From assembly GCA_964491915.1 (NCBI GenBank), contig CAZBHS010000027.1:2694-66693 (forward strand): 64,000 bases of DNA, read 5' to 3'. Made by a program: the position numbers and the translations under genes. This DNA is from an uncultured Clostridia bacterium. GTDB lineage: Bacteria; Acidobacteriota; Aminicenantia; UBA2199. The notes under the pieces were generated by a model. That model did not search any database. It was not told the DNA's origin and was given only the letters and a program-made list of their open reading frames with translations. Below are positions 53,250 to 63,379 of this stretch, one piece after another (positions within the stretch are counted from its first letter, which is position 1; the number at the start of each line of letters is the position of its first letter).

Positions 53250-54599
53250 ATGCTGGAAATGATTGATCAAGCGATACGGTCCTTCGCCACCTGGATGTGG
53301 GGCTATCCGATGTTGGTGTTTCTGTCGTTGGTGGGGATCTATTTTACTATTCGCCTCAAAGGGCTGCAATTCAGCAACTTCTTCAAAGCGGGGGCGTTGA
53401 CCTACCGCTACCGCACCGGCACGGGAGAAGGCAACATCACGCCGTTGCAATCGTTGTTCTCCGCCCTGGGGGGCGTCATCGGCAACGGCAATATCGCCGG
53501 CGTTGCCACCGCCATCGCTATCGGCGGACCGGGGGCGATTTTTTGGTTGTGGATCGCGTCGCTCATCGCCATGATCATTGTGTACGCCGAGACCTATCTG
53601 GCCCTCACCAATAGGCAGAAGGACGTGGACGGGACGTTTTCCGGCGGACCGATGTATTATATCGAAAAGATGCTGAAGCTCAAGTGGCTGGCGGTCTTGT
53701 TCGCCTTTGCCATGGGCTTCAAGACATTGCTGGCCACCTCCACCATCCAATCGAACTCCATCTCGTTGGCGATTTACAAATCATTCGACTTTAGTTGGCT
53801 GCCCCAATGGATGCCTCCCCTATTACCCATCTCCATCATCCTGGCCTTCCTCACCTGGCTGGTGATTATCGGCGGTTTGAAATCCATCGCCAAAACCCTG
53901 GAAAAATTGACGCCGTTGATGGTGCTCCTTTACATGCTACTGGGCCTGGCCATCCTCATCAACCATCTGGATGTATTGATTGGAATCTTCAAACTCATCA
54001 TCAGCCGCGCGTTCACTCCGGCGGGAGCCGGCGGCGGATTCGCCGGCGCTACCGTGATGATGGCGATCCGTTATGGCGTGGCCCGGGGATTTTATTCCAA
54101 TGAAGCGGGGACCGGGAGCTCCCCCATCATGTTCTGCACCGCCAAGACCGACGATCCGGTGAAGCAGAGCCTCATCGGCATGTTCGGAGTGGTGATCGAC
54201 ACGGCTGTGGCGACGCTGACAGCGTTGATTATCCTCTCCACCGGCGTGTGGACCAGCGGCGACACCAGCACGGCCCTCGCCACCTCGGCATTCAACGAGT
54301 CGTTCGGCATCTATGGGAAATACATTATTTGCCTGGCCTCTTTCATGTTCGGCTATTCGACATTGGTGGCCTGGTGTTTTTACGGCGAGCAATGCTTCGT
54401 CTACATCTGGGGCAGCGGGCTGCGCAAGTTTTTTCGTTGGGCCTTTTGCGTCGCCATTGTGTTCGGATTCCTGGAAGCGGAAGCGTTATGGAGTTGGGGC
54501 GATTTACTCAATGGATTTACAGTGTTGATCAATGTGGTGGCCGTGATATTGCTGATAAAATTCGTGAAACGTAAAAAGGAACTGGAATCTCAGCTTTGA
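53250..54599 (+). CDS. alanine/glycine:cation symporter (AGCS family)
   Basis: 449 aa with TPLQSLFSALGGVIGNGNIAGVATAIAIGGPGAIFWLWI. It is multi-TM and has no N-terminal extension. Confidence 0.9.
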   Translation: MLEMIDQAIRSFATWMWGYPMLVFLSLVGIYFTIRLKGLQFSNFFKAGALTYRYRTGTGEGNITPLQSLFSALGGVIGNGNIAGVATAIAIGGPGAIFWLWIASLIAMIIVYAETYLALTNRQKDVDGTFSGGPMYYIEKMLKLKWLAVLFAFAMGFKTLLATSTIQSNSISLAIYKSFDFSWLPQWMPPLLPISIILAFLTWLVIIGGLKSIAKTLEKLTPLMVLLYMLLGLAILINHLDVLIGIFKLIISRAFTPAGAGGGFAGATVMMAIRYGVARGFYSNEAGTGSSPIMFCTAKTDDPVKQSLIGMFGVVIDTAVATLTALIILSTGVWTSGDTSTALATSAFNESFGIYGKYIICLASFMFGYSTLVAWCFYGEQCFVYIWGSGLRKFFRWAFCVAIVFGFLEAEALWSWGDLLNGFTVLINVVAVILLIKFVKRKKELESQL

Positions 54600-55624
54600 T
54601 GGTGATTGCCGGAGCCCGTGTACTTCGGATCTTTGAGGATCTCAACCGCCTCTTCGGGAAAAACAGTGTTGATGTAGCTCTGGGTCCCTAATTCAAATCC
54701 GCCGGTTCCGGTTATTAAAGGAATGATTTCCAGATACCAATGGAAGAAGGGGGAGATATCGCCGTCGAATGGGGCGTTGGTCAGAATCCAGTGATAGTCG
54801 GGGTAATCCAATACCCGGTTGAGCCGCTCAATTGTATTTTTCACCGCTCGAGCAAGCCCTTCCAGCAGGGAATCATCCAGGTCTTCGAACCGCGTTTTAT
54901 GCTGTATAGGATAGAGAGACAACTCAAAGGGGTAACGCGACGCATAGGGAGCCAGAACGACAAAATCTTCATTCTCCAATAGGACACGATGCTGAAGCTC
55001 CCGCTCATGGGCGATAATATCGCAACAGAGGCAACGCTCTTTCGCCAGGTAATGCCGGCGGGCTATCTCGACCTTCTCTTTTAAAAGCGAAGGCACCACC
55101 GGTAAAGCGATGATCTGGGAATGTGAATGGGGAATGGTGGCTCCGGCTCCGGCGCCATGATTCTTGAATAGTTTGATATAACGGAAGCGGGAATCCTTTT
55201 TTAGATCCAGCAACCTCGATTTATAAGCGTAGAAAATTTGCCGGACATTGGAGATGGTCATATCGCCGATCCCCTGATTGTGCGACGGTGTTTCGATCAG
55301 CACTTCGTGGGCGCCGACGCTATTCATGCGGTCATAGAAGCCGTCGGCCCCGCGGCCTACGCCTCCCTCCACCTTCAAGGCCGGGAATTTGTTAGGCACC
55401 ACCCTCAAACTCCAACCCTCCTGGTTGGCTTTACTATGGTCGCCCCGGTACGCGAAAACCTCCGGCGGCGTCAATGCTTCATTCCCATTGCAAAAGGGAC
55501 AATCGCCGGACACCGAATGATCGATTCCATCATGCGAGCGGTCAATGTATTGGGGTCGCCGCTTCCGTTCGGGCGCATACACCACCCAACGGCCGGTCAA
55601 CGGATCCCGCCTTATCTCAGACAT
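54590..55624 (-). CDS. galT: galactose-1-phosphate uridylyltransferase-family nucleotidyltransferase (HIT superfamily)
   Basis: 344 aa with RRDPLTGRWVVYAPERKRRP, zinc motif CPFCNGNE and active-site HSHSQ. Substrate specificity cannot be read from the sequence. Confidence 0.75.
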   Translation of the reverse strand: MSEIRRDPLTGRWVVYAPERKRRPQYIDRSHDGIDHSVSGDCPFCNGNEALTPPEVFAYRGDHSKANQEGWSLRVVPNKFPALKVEGGVGRGADGFYDRMNSVGAHEVLIETPSHNQGIGDMTISNVRQIFYAYKSRLLDLKKDSRFRYIKLFKNHGAGAGATIPHSHSQIIALPVVPSLLKEKVEIARRHYLAKERCLCCDIIAHERELQHRVLLENEDFVVLAPYASRYPFELSLYPIQHKTRFEDLDDSLLEGLARAVKNTIERLNRVLDYPDYHWILTNAPFDGDISPFFHWYLEIIPLITGTGGFELGTQSYINTVFPEEAVEILKDPKYTGSGNHHQS

Positions 55625-55639
55625 GGTTACCTCCCCTTA

Positions 55640-55999
55640 CTATTCTTCGAACGCGTGCTCGATATGGTCGATGTTAAAACAATTGTTTTCCCAAAGGACC
55701 GACATCACATCGAAGCGGGCCTTACAGCCCACAAAACGTTTTTTTTCATAATAAACTTTGGCCCCCCTGATGAGCCGCCGGATTTTCCTTTCATCGACAA
55801 ATTCTTCCGGCAACCCGGATTGGTCGGAAACCCGTGTCTTCACCTCCACAAAGCAGACGGTCTCGTCCTTGAAGGCGATGATATCGAATTCCACTCCCAC
55901 TACAATCTTGTTACGCGCCAGGATTTTATAACCCCGGCGCGTCAGATAATCCGCCGCCGCGTTTTCACCGGCTTTACCAAGGGAATTCGCTTCAGCCAT
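55640..55999 (-). CDS. yraN: YraN-family (UPF0102) endonuclease-like protein
   Basis: 119 aa with GENAAADYLTRRGYKILARN...EFDIIAFKDETVCFVEVKTR. Confidence 0.85.
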   Translation of the reverse strand: MAEANSLGKAGENAAADYLTRRGYKILARNKIVVGVEFDIIAFKDETVCFVEVKTRVSDQSGLPEEFVDERKIRRLIRGAKVYYEKKRFVGCKARFDVMSVLWENNCFNIDHIEHAFEE

Positions 56000-56002
56000 A
56001 CA

Positions 56003-57328
56003 TCAGACCCCAGCGCGTTTTTCCACCATTTTTATATTCAGTTTTTCCAATTCTTCGAGAACAGTTTCATAGATCGCTTTTTCCCTGGGAATCTGCACAC
56101 CCTTGAGGCTGATTTCCCCTTCCGCCATCAATTTTACGCCGATGGCCAGGGGGAAGCTCACGGTCCGGGCCATGGAGGTATCGCCGTGGGGAACTCCGTA
56201 ATCGATCAGCGTGGAGGTGATCTGGTACCTGGTTTTGTCTTTGTTTTCGACGGTGAATTTGTGCTGCAGGACGATCATGTCTTTTTCGCCATCTTTATAA
56301 TACAATTTTTCCTGTAACCGCCGGCTCAGGATGTCGAGGTAATTATTCTCGTCCGGCACGATGTCGTCGGAGAACAATCCCAGCCATTCCATGCGCCCGA
56401 TTGCCGCTGCGTCGGGAGCGAGTCCGACCTTTTCAGCGATAGCGGCTTTGACGTCGCCGCCGTTTTCCACCCCGGCGATTTTGGCCATCATCTGCTTGAA
56501 GGTGATGCCGTTCAGACCCTCTTTAGCTGTATCGTCCACCAGTCCGAGATCCACCAATTTCTTGAAGGTTTCGCACCAACCGCAATAACGGTAAGTACCC
56601 CTCATCACAGTCTCGGCCTCCTGGATGCCGTAGATGTCTTTATAGACGACGGAATCGCGATTGGGATAGACCTCCAATTGGCCGACGCCATCGACCTCTT
56701 CAGACCGGACGCAGCGGAACAGGTCTTTGCCGACGATTTCTTTCACCTCGCCGTTTTCCAGGAAGCGGGCGGAATTACGGGACGCCAACACAACGCCCCT
56801 GGGACTCCAGGAAAATTTATAGCCGAAGGGATTGTCGTTGTCATCCGGCGCCGGCAAGCCGCCGCAATAGGAATAGAAGTGAACGATCTTACCGCCCTCT
56901 TCATGAACCTGGTCGATAATCTTCTTGGCGGACATATGGTCGATGCCTGGATCGACGCCCATTTCGTTCAAAAAAAGAAGACCTTTGGCTTTCACCTCTT
57001 CATCCAACTGTCTCATCTCTTCGCTGACATAGGATGTGGTGGCCATATCTTTATTGTGCTTGAGGCAAAGCTTCGCCACTTTGATATGAAAAATCCAGGG
57101 CAACAAGCTGATGACGATATCGTTCTCCTGGATCAATTTTTCGAGCGCGGCTTCGTCCTGCACATCCACATAACAGGCAACGCCGTTGTCATACCCTTTC
57201 ACCAATTTTTCCGCCTCGCTCAATTCCAACGAAGCCACTGTCACTTGCAAATGTTTCTGGTCCAATAAATAAGTAACACCGGGCCGGCTCACAAAGCCGG
57301 AACCCAACACCAATATCTTATTCTTCAT
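56003..57328 (-). CDS. saccharopine dehydrogenase (NADP-binding, LYS9/SDH-like)
   Basis: 441 aa. The Rossmann start is KILVLGSGFVSRPGVTYLL, and the length and C-terminal domain are consistent with saccharopine reductase. Confidence 0.8.
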   Translation of the reverse strand: MKNKILVLGSGFVSRPGVTYLLDQKHLQVTVASLELSEAEKLVKGYDNGVACYVDVQDEAALEKLIQENDIVISLLPWIFHIKVAKLCLKHNKDMATTSYVSEEMRQLDEEVKAKGLLFLNEMGVDPGIDHMSAKKIIDQVHEEGGKIVHFYSYCGGLPAPDDNDNPFGYKFSWSPRGVVLASRNSARFLENGEVKEIVGKDLFRCVRSEEVDGVGQLEVYPNRDSVVYKDIYGIQEAETVMRGTYRYCGWCETFKKLVDLGLVDDTAKEGLNGITFKQMMAKIAGVENGGDVKAAIAEKVGLAPDAAAIGRMEWLGLFSDDIVPDENNYLDILSRRLQEKLYYKDGEKDMIVLQHKFTVENKDKTRYQITSTLIDYGVPHGDTSMARTVSFPLAIGVKLMAEGEISLKGVQIPREKAIYETVLEELEKLNIKMVEKRAGV

Positions 57329-57356
57329 ATGTCCTCCGGTTTTTCATGATCATCAC

Positions 57357-58664
57357 TTATTTTAGGTAGTCTTCCATATACTTATACTCTTCCGTTAGCT
57401 CGCCCTTCTGCAGGATCAACGCTTTTGCGGAAGCGGTCGCCAAATCCAGTTCTTCGAAGCCTTTATCGTAATTCTGGGAGGCTATATTATCCACATAATC
57501 TTTTAATACTTCCGAAAACTCCATACTGGCTTCCCTGGAAAATTCACAGGGCAGATTGTCCACCGCCATCACCGTGACGCCGCGACGGTGTACGCCGTCT
57601 TCAAACGCGTCTTTGTCGGCACAGTAGGTGAAATTGGGAATGTCCGGCATGGTGGCTTTATGAGTAATCTCGATGGAGCCGCCGATATCGCAACTGATGT
57701 CGCCGATTACCTTGAGATTTAAGTTGGATCTCAGCAGGGTGTTTGTCTTGAGATATTCTTTGGTCACCAGGCGGGGATAGTCCTCGGTCCAGTAAATACA
57801 ATTCACTAATATCTGAAGGTACGGGATGTACTCTTCGAATTGGGACACATACTTTTCAGGATGGTCGTAGTAGTCCTGAAGGTCGAACGGTCCTTCTTTC
57901 GGTCTCACCAGGTCCTCTTCCTTGAAGATCACTTTATAGAGATTGAAGTGATCCAGAGTGAAGTTTTCGTACATTTCCGACAGGATATGAGGGGACATGG
58001 TTTTGTAGGGCAAGAGGTCGAATATTTCCTGCGCCCCGCGGGACACATTACCGTATCCGGTAAATCCCACCACCAGCGGGCTGACCTCTTCACCGAAGCC
58101 ATTCTCGTCGATCTCCTCGCCGATTTGGGCGATATGTTGTTTAGCCGCTTCGAGGGAGGGATACTCGAACGCCTGCTTGATTCCGGCGAAGGGGGTGTCG
58201 TGCCCCAGTAGCTTCAGCTTCTGCCCGTAAGCGTGGAGAGTCTCGATCATGCCTGCCAATCCGGCATAGCGGCCGAAAAAGATCAAACGGCGATTGCCGT
58301 CATCCACGAACCGCTCGTAATCGAACAAGTTGACCTTCAACGCCTTCATACGCCGCAGCATATCCATATTGTATGCCTGCCCTTTGATGGTATGGGAAAA
58401 GAAAATATAGGTTTTCCCCTCTTCGAAGAGTTCGATGGGGATCTCTTTCACGGCGAAAATAGTCTGGGCTTTGCCGAGATCTTCATTGATTTCCGCTCCG
58501 GCGGCCCGGAATTCATCGTCGGTGAAAATCCGGTTTTCCGAGGGTTGAATAATTGTATGAATTCCATATTTCTCTTTCAAGAAACGAACATGGTCCGGAA
58601 TCAAGGGAACGCGACGCTCCCATTTGTTTTTATCTTCTCTACGAATGCCTATTATCTTCTGCAT
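57357..58664 (-). CDS. lysine-ketoglutarate reductase-like (AlaDH/PNT-fold, LKR/LOR domain) protein
   Basis: 435 aa. The N-terminus IGIRREDKNKWERRVPLIPDHVRFL matches the LKR half of bifunctional LKR/SDH enzymes. Confidence 0.75.
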   Translation of the reverse strand: MQKIIGIRREDKNKWERRVPLIPDHVRFLKEKYGIHTIIQPSENRIFTDDEFRAAGAEINEDLGKAQTIFAVKEIPIELFEEGKTYIFFSHTIKGQAYNMDMLRRMKALKVNLFDYERFVDDGNRRLIFFGRYAGLAGMIETLHAYGQKLKLLGHDTPFAGIKQAFEYPSLEAAKQHIAQIGEEIDENGFGEEVSPLVVGFTGYGNVSRGAQEIFDLLPYKTMSPHILSEMYENFTLDHFNLYKVIFKEEDLVRPKEGPFDLQDYYDHPEKYVSQFEEYIPYLQILVNCIYWTEDYPRLVTKEYLKTNTLLRSNLNLKVIGDISCDIGGSIEITHKATMPDIPNFTYCADKDAFEDGVHRRGVTVMAVDNLPCEFSREASMEFSEVLKDYVDNIASQNYDKGFEELDLATASAKALILQKGELTEEYKYMEDYLK

Positions 58665-58740
58665 AGAAACCTCACATTATGAAAATTTAATCTATCAAAG
58701 TCACCGGATGAAGTCAAACAAAATCTGCGTTATTTTTCAA

Positions 58741-60456
58741 TTATCGCCGTTTCATCATCTTCTCGATTTCTTCGAGGCTGAACGTCGCGATAATCGGCCT
58801 CTTGTGAGGGCAAAAATGGGGATTACCGGTGTCGAACAATTCCCGCACGATTTTTTTCATCTCTTCGGGAAGCAATTTGTGGTTGACCTTTATGGCGCTC
58901 TTGCAGGCGACGGTGGCAAGCACGCTATCCTCGAACGCCGCTTCGTCGTATTTTAAATGTATCACCTCCAGCACCGCCTCTTTGATGTTACGCTCGTTGA
59001 GGATTTGGGGGAATTTTTTTATATCGTAAGCATTGGCGCTCAAAGGTTGGATTTCGAAACCCAACCTTTCGAGGGCCTCCATCTTGCCGTCCTCGAGAGC
59101 GGAAATCTCGGAAGGGGAGAGTTCGATGATAATGGGGAACAATGGGGATATCGACGGAACGGCGTTCTCCCGGTAATTCTTTTTGAGGCGGTCGTAATTG
59201 GCCCGTTCATGGGCGTTGTGCTGGTCAACCACCAGAAGTTCTCCCTCTTTTTCAATGATAATATAGGAATCCTTGTATTGACCTAAAAGCCTAAAACCGT
59301 CTTCGTTGTCGAAGGATGACAACGGGGATTCGCTGAAGAGCGATTGTTGCCTGCCAGCGTCAGCCTCCTCCTGTTGGTGGTGGGACCTGAGGGTCATACC
59401 TCCGAACGCGGGAGTTTCCAGCCGGTTATCTGTTTTGCGGCTAAAATCCACCTCCATCTCCATTCGCGCGTCTTGACCGAAGCTGCTATCGATGGCGTGC
59501 TTGAGGAACCGGTACATCCAACCGGAATCGAGGAACTTGATTTCCAACTTCATGGGATGGATGTTGACATCGATATCGACGGGGGGGATATCCAGAAGCA
59601 GGATGCCCACCGGATTCTGGCGCTTTTCCAGGTAGCGGTCGAAGGTTCGGTTCAAGGAGGCGATGAGGGTTTTTTCGCGGACCGGTCGTTTATTGACGAA
59701 AAAAAACTGGTATTTTTTAGAAGAGACTCCGGCATTGAGCTTCGATACAAAACCGGCGCAGCCATAATTGTCCTGGCGGAAGTCAACCGGTTGCAACGAG
59801 TCGAGAAAATCCTTCCCGAACACCTGATAGATTCTGTCCCTCAAATCGGCAGCCTTTTGATAACTAAATATCGTGCGGTTCTGGTGAGCGAGGGTAAAGG
59901 AAATATCGTGATGCGCCAGCACCATGGGTTCCAGGAACGCCACCACCTGATTCAATTCTGTGCGGTCGCTCTTGAGGAACTTGCGCCGCACCGGGAAGTT
60001 AAAAAACAGATCGCGGACCTCGATGGTGGTCCCCCTCTGGAACACAATCCCCTTGCGCTCCAGCATGACGCCCCCTTCGAGGTAACAGAGGGTTCCCTGG
60101 CCATTGTCGTTATTGGAGGTTCTCAATTCGATTTTGGCCACCTGGAGAATGGAAGCCAGGGCTTCGCCTCTGAAGCCAAGGGTGTACAGATCATCCAGAT
60201 CGTTCAATTCCACCAGTTTTGATGTGGAATGGCGACGGAAGGCCGTTTCAATATCATCATCCGCGAAGCCTTCGCCATTGTCCGAGACTCTAATGAGCCG
60301 CTTCCCTCCTTCCGCCATTTCGATAAAAATCTCGTCGGCGCCGGCATCGACAGCATTCTCCACCAATTCTTTCACAACGGAGAGCGGGCGTTCCACCACC
60401 TCGCCGGCAGCGATTTTCCGGTATACATCTTCTTTCAATTCAACAATCTTTCCCAT
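58741..60456 (-). CDS. mutL: DNA mismatch repair protein MutL
   Basis: I set the start at ATG 60456 (MGKIVELKEDVYRKIAAGEVVERPLSVVKELVENAVDAGADEI...VSDNGEG). The C-terminal dimerisation region is present. Confidence 0.95.
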   Translation of the reverse strand: MGKIVELKEDVYRKIAAGEVVERPLSVVKELVENAVDAGADEIFIEMAEGGKRLIRVSDNGEGFADDDIETAFRRHSTSKLVELNDLDDLYTLGFRGEALASILQVAKIELRTSNNDNGQGTLCYLEGGVMLERKGIVFQRGTTIEVRDLFFNFPVRRKFLKSDRTELNQVVAFLEPMVLAHHDISFTLAHQNRTIFSYQKAADLRDRIYQVFGKDFLDSLQPVDFRQDNYGCAGFVSKLNAGVSSKKYQFFFVNKRPVREKTLIASLNRTFDRYLEKRQNPVGILLLDIPPVDIDVNIHPMKLEIKFLDSGWMYRFLKHAIDSSFGQDARMEMEVDFSRKTDNRLETPAFGGMTLRSHHQQEEADAGRQQSLFSESPLSSFDNEDGFRLLGQYKDSYIIIEKEGELLVVDQHNAHERANYDRLKKNYRENAVPSISPLFPIIIELSPSEISALEDGKMEALERLGFEIQPLSANAYDIKKFPQILNERNIKEAVLEVIHLKYDEAAFEDSVLATVACKSAIKVNHKLLPEEMKKIVRELFDTGNPHFCPHKRPIIATFSLEEIEKMMKRR

Positions 60457-60546
60457 GAATTTATTGTACCATATTCCCCAATTACAAGCCAAAACAACAA
60501 CTCAAAGGAAATTGACAAATATTAGAAAAGTAATATAATTCATACT

Positions 60547-61077
60547 ATGGAAGTAAATAAAGAAACAGGAATTTTAGAGATTTGTAAGTTTGGAGAGGAG
60601 GTCTTGAAGGTCAAGGCTGCCGACCTTACAGAGATAGATGAACACATCGTCCAGATGGTGGAATTGATGAAGAAGACCATGTACCTATCCAACGGCGTTG
60701 GTCTTGCGGCGCCCCAAATCGGGGAATCTCTCCAATTGGCAGTGGTGGATATCACCCAGGGAGAAGATCCTGAGGCATTCAGGGTCTTGATCAATCCCAA
60801 AATTGTCGAAACAAACGGCAATGAACCGGGCACAGAGGGCTGCCTATCGATCCCCGGCTTCTCCATGGAAGTCTCGCGCAGCACCCAGGTGATGGTCAGC
60901 GCTGTGGATCTAGACGGCGATGAATATGAATATGATTTAGAGGGCTTCGAAGCCCGGGTGTTTCAACATGAGATCGACCATCTCTACGGCTTTTTGATCC
61001 TGGATCGTGTGTCAACACTAAAACGTCAAATGATCAAACGGGAAATCAAGAGATTGGAGCGCACAGGTAAGTGGTAA
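60547..61077 (+). CDS. def: peptide deformylase
   Basis: 176 aa carrying all three motifs: GVGLAAPQIG, EGCLSIPG and QHEIDHL. Confidence 0.95.
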   Translation: MEVNKETGILEICKFGEEVLKVKAADLTEIDEHIVQMVELMKKTMYLSNGVGLAAPQIGESLQLAVVDITQGEDPEAFRVLINPKIVETNGNEPGTEGCLSIPGFSMEVSRSTQVMVSAVDLDGDEYEYDLEGFEARVFQHEIDHLYGFLILDRVSTLKRQMIKREIKRLERTGKW

Positions 61078-62030
61078 TAGCGAAGAAAAAGATTGTTTTT
61101 TTCGGAACCGCCGGGATTTGTTTACCCTACATCGAGCTCTTGAAGGAGCGTTTCGACTTGCGGCTCATTGCCACCCAGCCCGACGCCATGGGAGGCAGGC
61201 ACAAAAAAAAGATGGTGCCGCCGGTCAAACAATTCGCCCTGAACCACGGTATCCCTTTGATCCAGCCGGACCAATTAAAATGCGGAGCCGTGGCGGAGAG
61301 GCTGGAGGAAATCCAACCGGAAATCGGAGTGGTCATCGCCTACGGCAAACTCATTCCACGTAAGGTATTCACCGTCCCCCGCCTTAATTTGGTCAACGTC
61401 CATTTTTCGTTATTACCCCAATACAGGGGCGCGGCTCCTGTCCAGCGGGCGTTGGAGCATGGCGAGACCACAACCGGCATCACGATTTTCGAGATCGCGA
61501 AAAAATTAGACAGCGGCGACATCTGGAGCCGGAAAGAATACCCTATCCATGCGGACGACACCACGGAAACCCTGTTCGATCGCCTCAGCCGCGAAGGCGC
61601 GCCATTCTTGATCGAGACATTGGAACAAATAGTGAACGGAGACATAAAAAAAATCCCACAGGAACACGAAAAAGCCACATTCGCCCCTCCGATCGAAAAG
61701 GGAGAGGGAACAATCGACTGGCACTTGCCGGCGGAGACATTATACAACAAGTTCAGAGCGTTCTCTCCCTGGCCCGGACTCCATTTCCATATCCAGGACA
61801 TTCTGGTAAACGTCAAGCAAGTCCGGCCTCTACCCCAAACGGAAAAACTGACGGTCATGATGGCCGGCAAAGAACCCGGAGATGTGTTGGCGATGGACAA
61901 GCATAGCCTCAAAGTCTGTTGCGGACGGAACACCGCCGTCGAAATCCTGGAAATGCAACCCCAATGCAAAAAGCCGATGTCTCCCTATTGTTATTCCCTG
62001 GGCAATCCAATTCCCGCCAAACTAAATTGA
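61071..62030 (+). CDS. fmt: methionyl-tRNA formyltransferase
   Basis: 319 aa with a GTG start overlapping the def stop. Motifs are VNVHFSLLPQYRGAAPVQRAL and VFFGT. Confidence 0.9.
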   Translation: MVIAKKKIVFFGTAGICLPYIELLKERFDLRLIATQPDAMGGRHKKKMVPPVKQFALNHGIPLIQPDQLKCGAVAERLEEIQPEIGVVIAYGKLIPRKVFTVPRLNLVNVHFSLLPQYRGAAPVQRALEHGETTTGITIFEIAKKLDSGDIWSRKEYPIHADDTTETLFDRLSREGAPFLIETLEQIVNGDIKKIPQEHEKATFAPPIEKGEGTIDWHLPAETLYNKFRAFSPWPGLHFHIQDILVNVKQVRPLPQTEKLTVMMAGKEPGDVLAMDKHSLKVCCGRNTAVEILEMQPQCKKPMSPYCYSLGNPIPAKLN

Positions 62031-63379
62031 ATCATCTTCTCGATGCCTATCACATACTGACGGACTACTACCGGACGCCGGAAACAAATTTGAAATTATT
62101 GATAAGCCGGCATCTCGACAGAACCGGAAGCCAGGATGCCGCCAATACCAGCCGCACGGTGTACGGGATTATCCGCAAGGAAAAATTACTAGACGTCGTC
62201 ATAAGAAGGTTCTCCCGTATCCCCCTCAAAAAGATCGACCTCCCCACCTCCACATTGCTTAAAATCGGTATTTTTTTGATGCTTTTTTCCGGCGGCTTCC
62301 CGGATTACGCAGTGGTCAACGAAGTTGTCTCGGCCGCCCCTAAAAAATCTAAACAATTTATCAACGGAATACTGAGAGCCCTCGGCAGGCAAAAAGAAAG
62401 CGCCCACACAGCTATCGCCGCGGTAACCGATGCAGCCGTCCGCCACTCGCTGAACCCGACTCTGGTCCGCCAGCTCAGCGAACTCGCCGGCGACAAGCTC
62501 CAGGCCGCCCTGGAATACCTGGATAGCGAACCGGTCTTCCATCTCAAACCCAATCCGGCCAAAATCAGCTATCCGGCTCTCGTGAAAGAATTAAGCGCCG
62601 CGGCCATTCCCATAAAAGAACTCCCCTCTTTCCAATCCATCGAAATCAAGCAACCGGGAAAGATTAAAAACCTGGTATCCAGTCACACCGCCTATTTTCA
62701 AAACACCGCCTCCCAACTCATCTCTTTTTTGGCCGCCCATTATGGGAAAAAATCAGTTCTGGATTGTTGCGCCGCCCCCGGCAGTAAAACCGCCACCCTC
62801 AAACAACAGAAGCCCGACCTACGGATCGTGGCGGCTGATATCAACCACAGCCGCTTGCGGATGTTGCAACCGGTCATCCGGCAACACAAATTGAGGGATG
62901 TATCTCTAATGGTCATGGACGCGCAACATCCGGCCCTTCACAATTGTTTCGACCTGGTGATGGTTGACGCCCCATGTAGTTCCGTCGGCACAATCCGCAA
63001 GAACCCCGATTTAAAACTGAAAACCGACGAAAAAATTATCCTACGCAACGCCGGCCGGCAGAAAAAGATACTCGACTCCCTGCTCAAACAATTCCCCGGC
63101 CGCACATACTTGTATTCAGTATGCTCGTTCACGGCCCAGGAATCCGAAGATGTTATCGCCGCTCTATCACAAAACCACTGTATCGAAGAAATCGATATCT
63201 CTGAATTGTTGGAGGGCTATGGCTTTAATTTTGTACGCGGGCAACACGGCGCCTTCCTATTACCCACGCCATCGCTGAATAACGACCTTTTTTACATCAG
63301 TCTATTTAGTGATGGTTGTGACTACACGCATCCTGAGGAGCTAATTCCTGAAGCTTTCCCTCTGCGGCCGCCTGGATGA
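62027..63379 (+). CDS. rsmB: 16S rRNA (cytosine-C5)-methyltransferase RsmB/Sun family
   Basis: SAM-binding LDCCAAPGSKTA and catalytic VMVDAPCSSVGTIRKNPD and YSVCSF. I placed the start at the in-frame TTG 62027 (TTGA overlap with the fmt stop). The track ATG 61919 would overlap fmt by 112 nt. Confidence 0.85.
   Translation: MNHLLDAYHILTDYYRTPETNLKLLISRHLDRTGSQDAANTSRTVYGIIRKEKLLDVVIRRFSRIPLKKIDLPTSTLLKIGIFLMLFSGGFPDYAVVNEVVSAAPKKSKQFINGILRALGRQKESAHTAIAAVTDAAVRHSLNPTLVRQLSELAGDKLQAALEYLDSEPVFHLKPNPAKISYPALVKELSAAAIPIKELPSFQSIEIKQPGKIKNLVSSHTAYFQNTASQLISFLAAHYGKKSVLDCCAAPGSKTATLKQQKPDLRIVAADINHSRLRMLQPVIRQHKLRDVSLMVMDAQHPALHNCFDLVMVDAPCSSVGTIRKNPDLKLKTDEKIILRNAGRQKKILDSLLKQFPGRTYLYSVCSFTAQESEDVIAALSQNHCIEEIDISELLEGYGFNFVRGQHGAFLLPTPSLNNDLFYISLFSDGCDYTHPEELIPEAFPLRPPG

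Noticed and set aside
55238-56317. 359-aa plus-strand ORF
   Set aside because: It runs antisense across three well-supported minus-strand genes (galT-family, yraN, saccharopine dehydrogenase) and has no motifs.
59344-60222. 292-aa plus-strand ORF inside mutL. Similar shadows: 35494-36309 in gatA, 53220-53750 and 53937-54392 in the AGCS gene, 61340-61969 in fmt, 40700-41179 in the DUF362 gene
   Set aside because: All are antisense to genes with unambiguous family signatures. Long open antisense frames are expected at this GC content.
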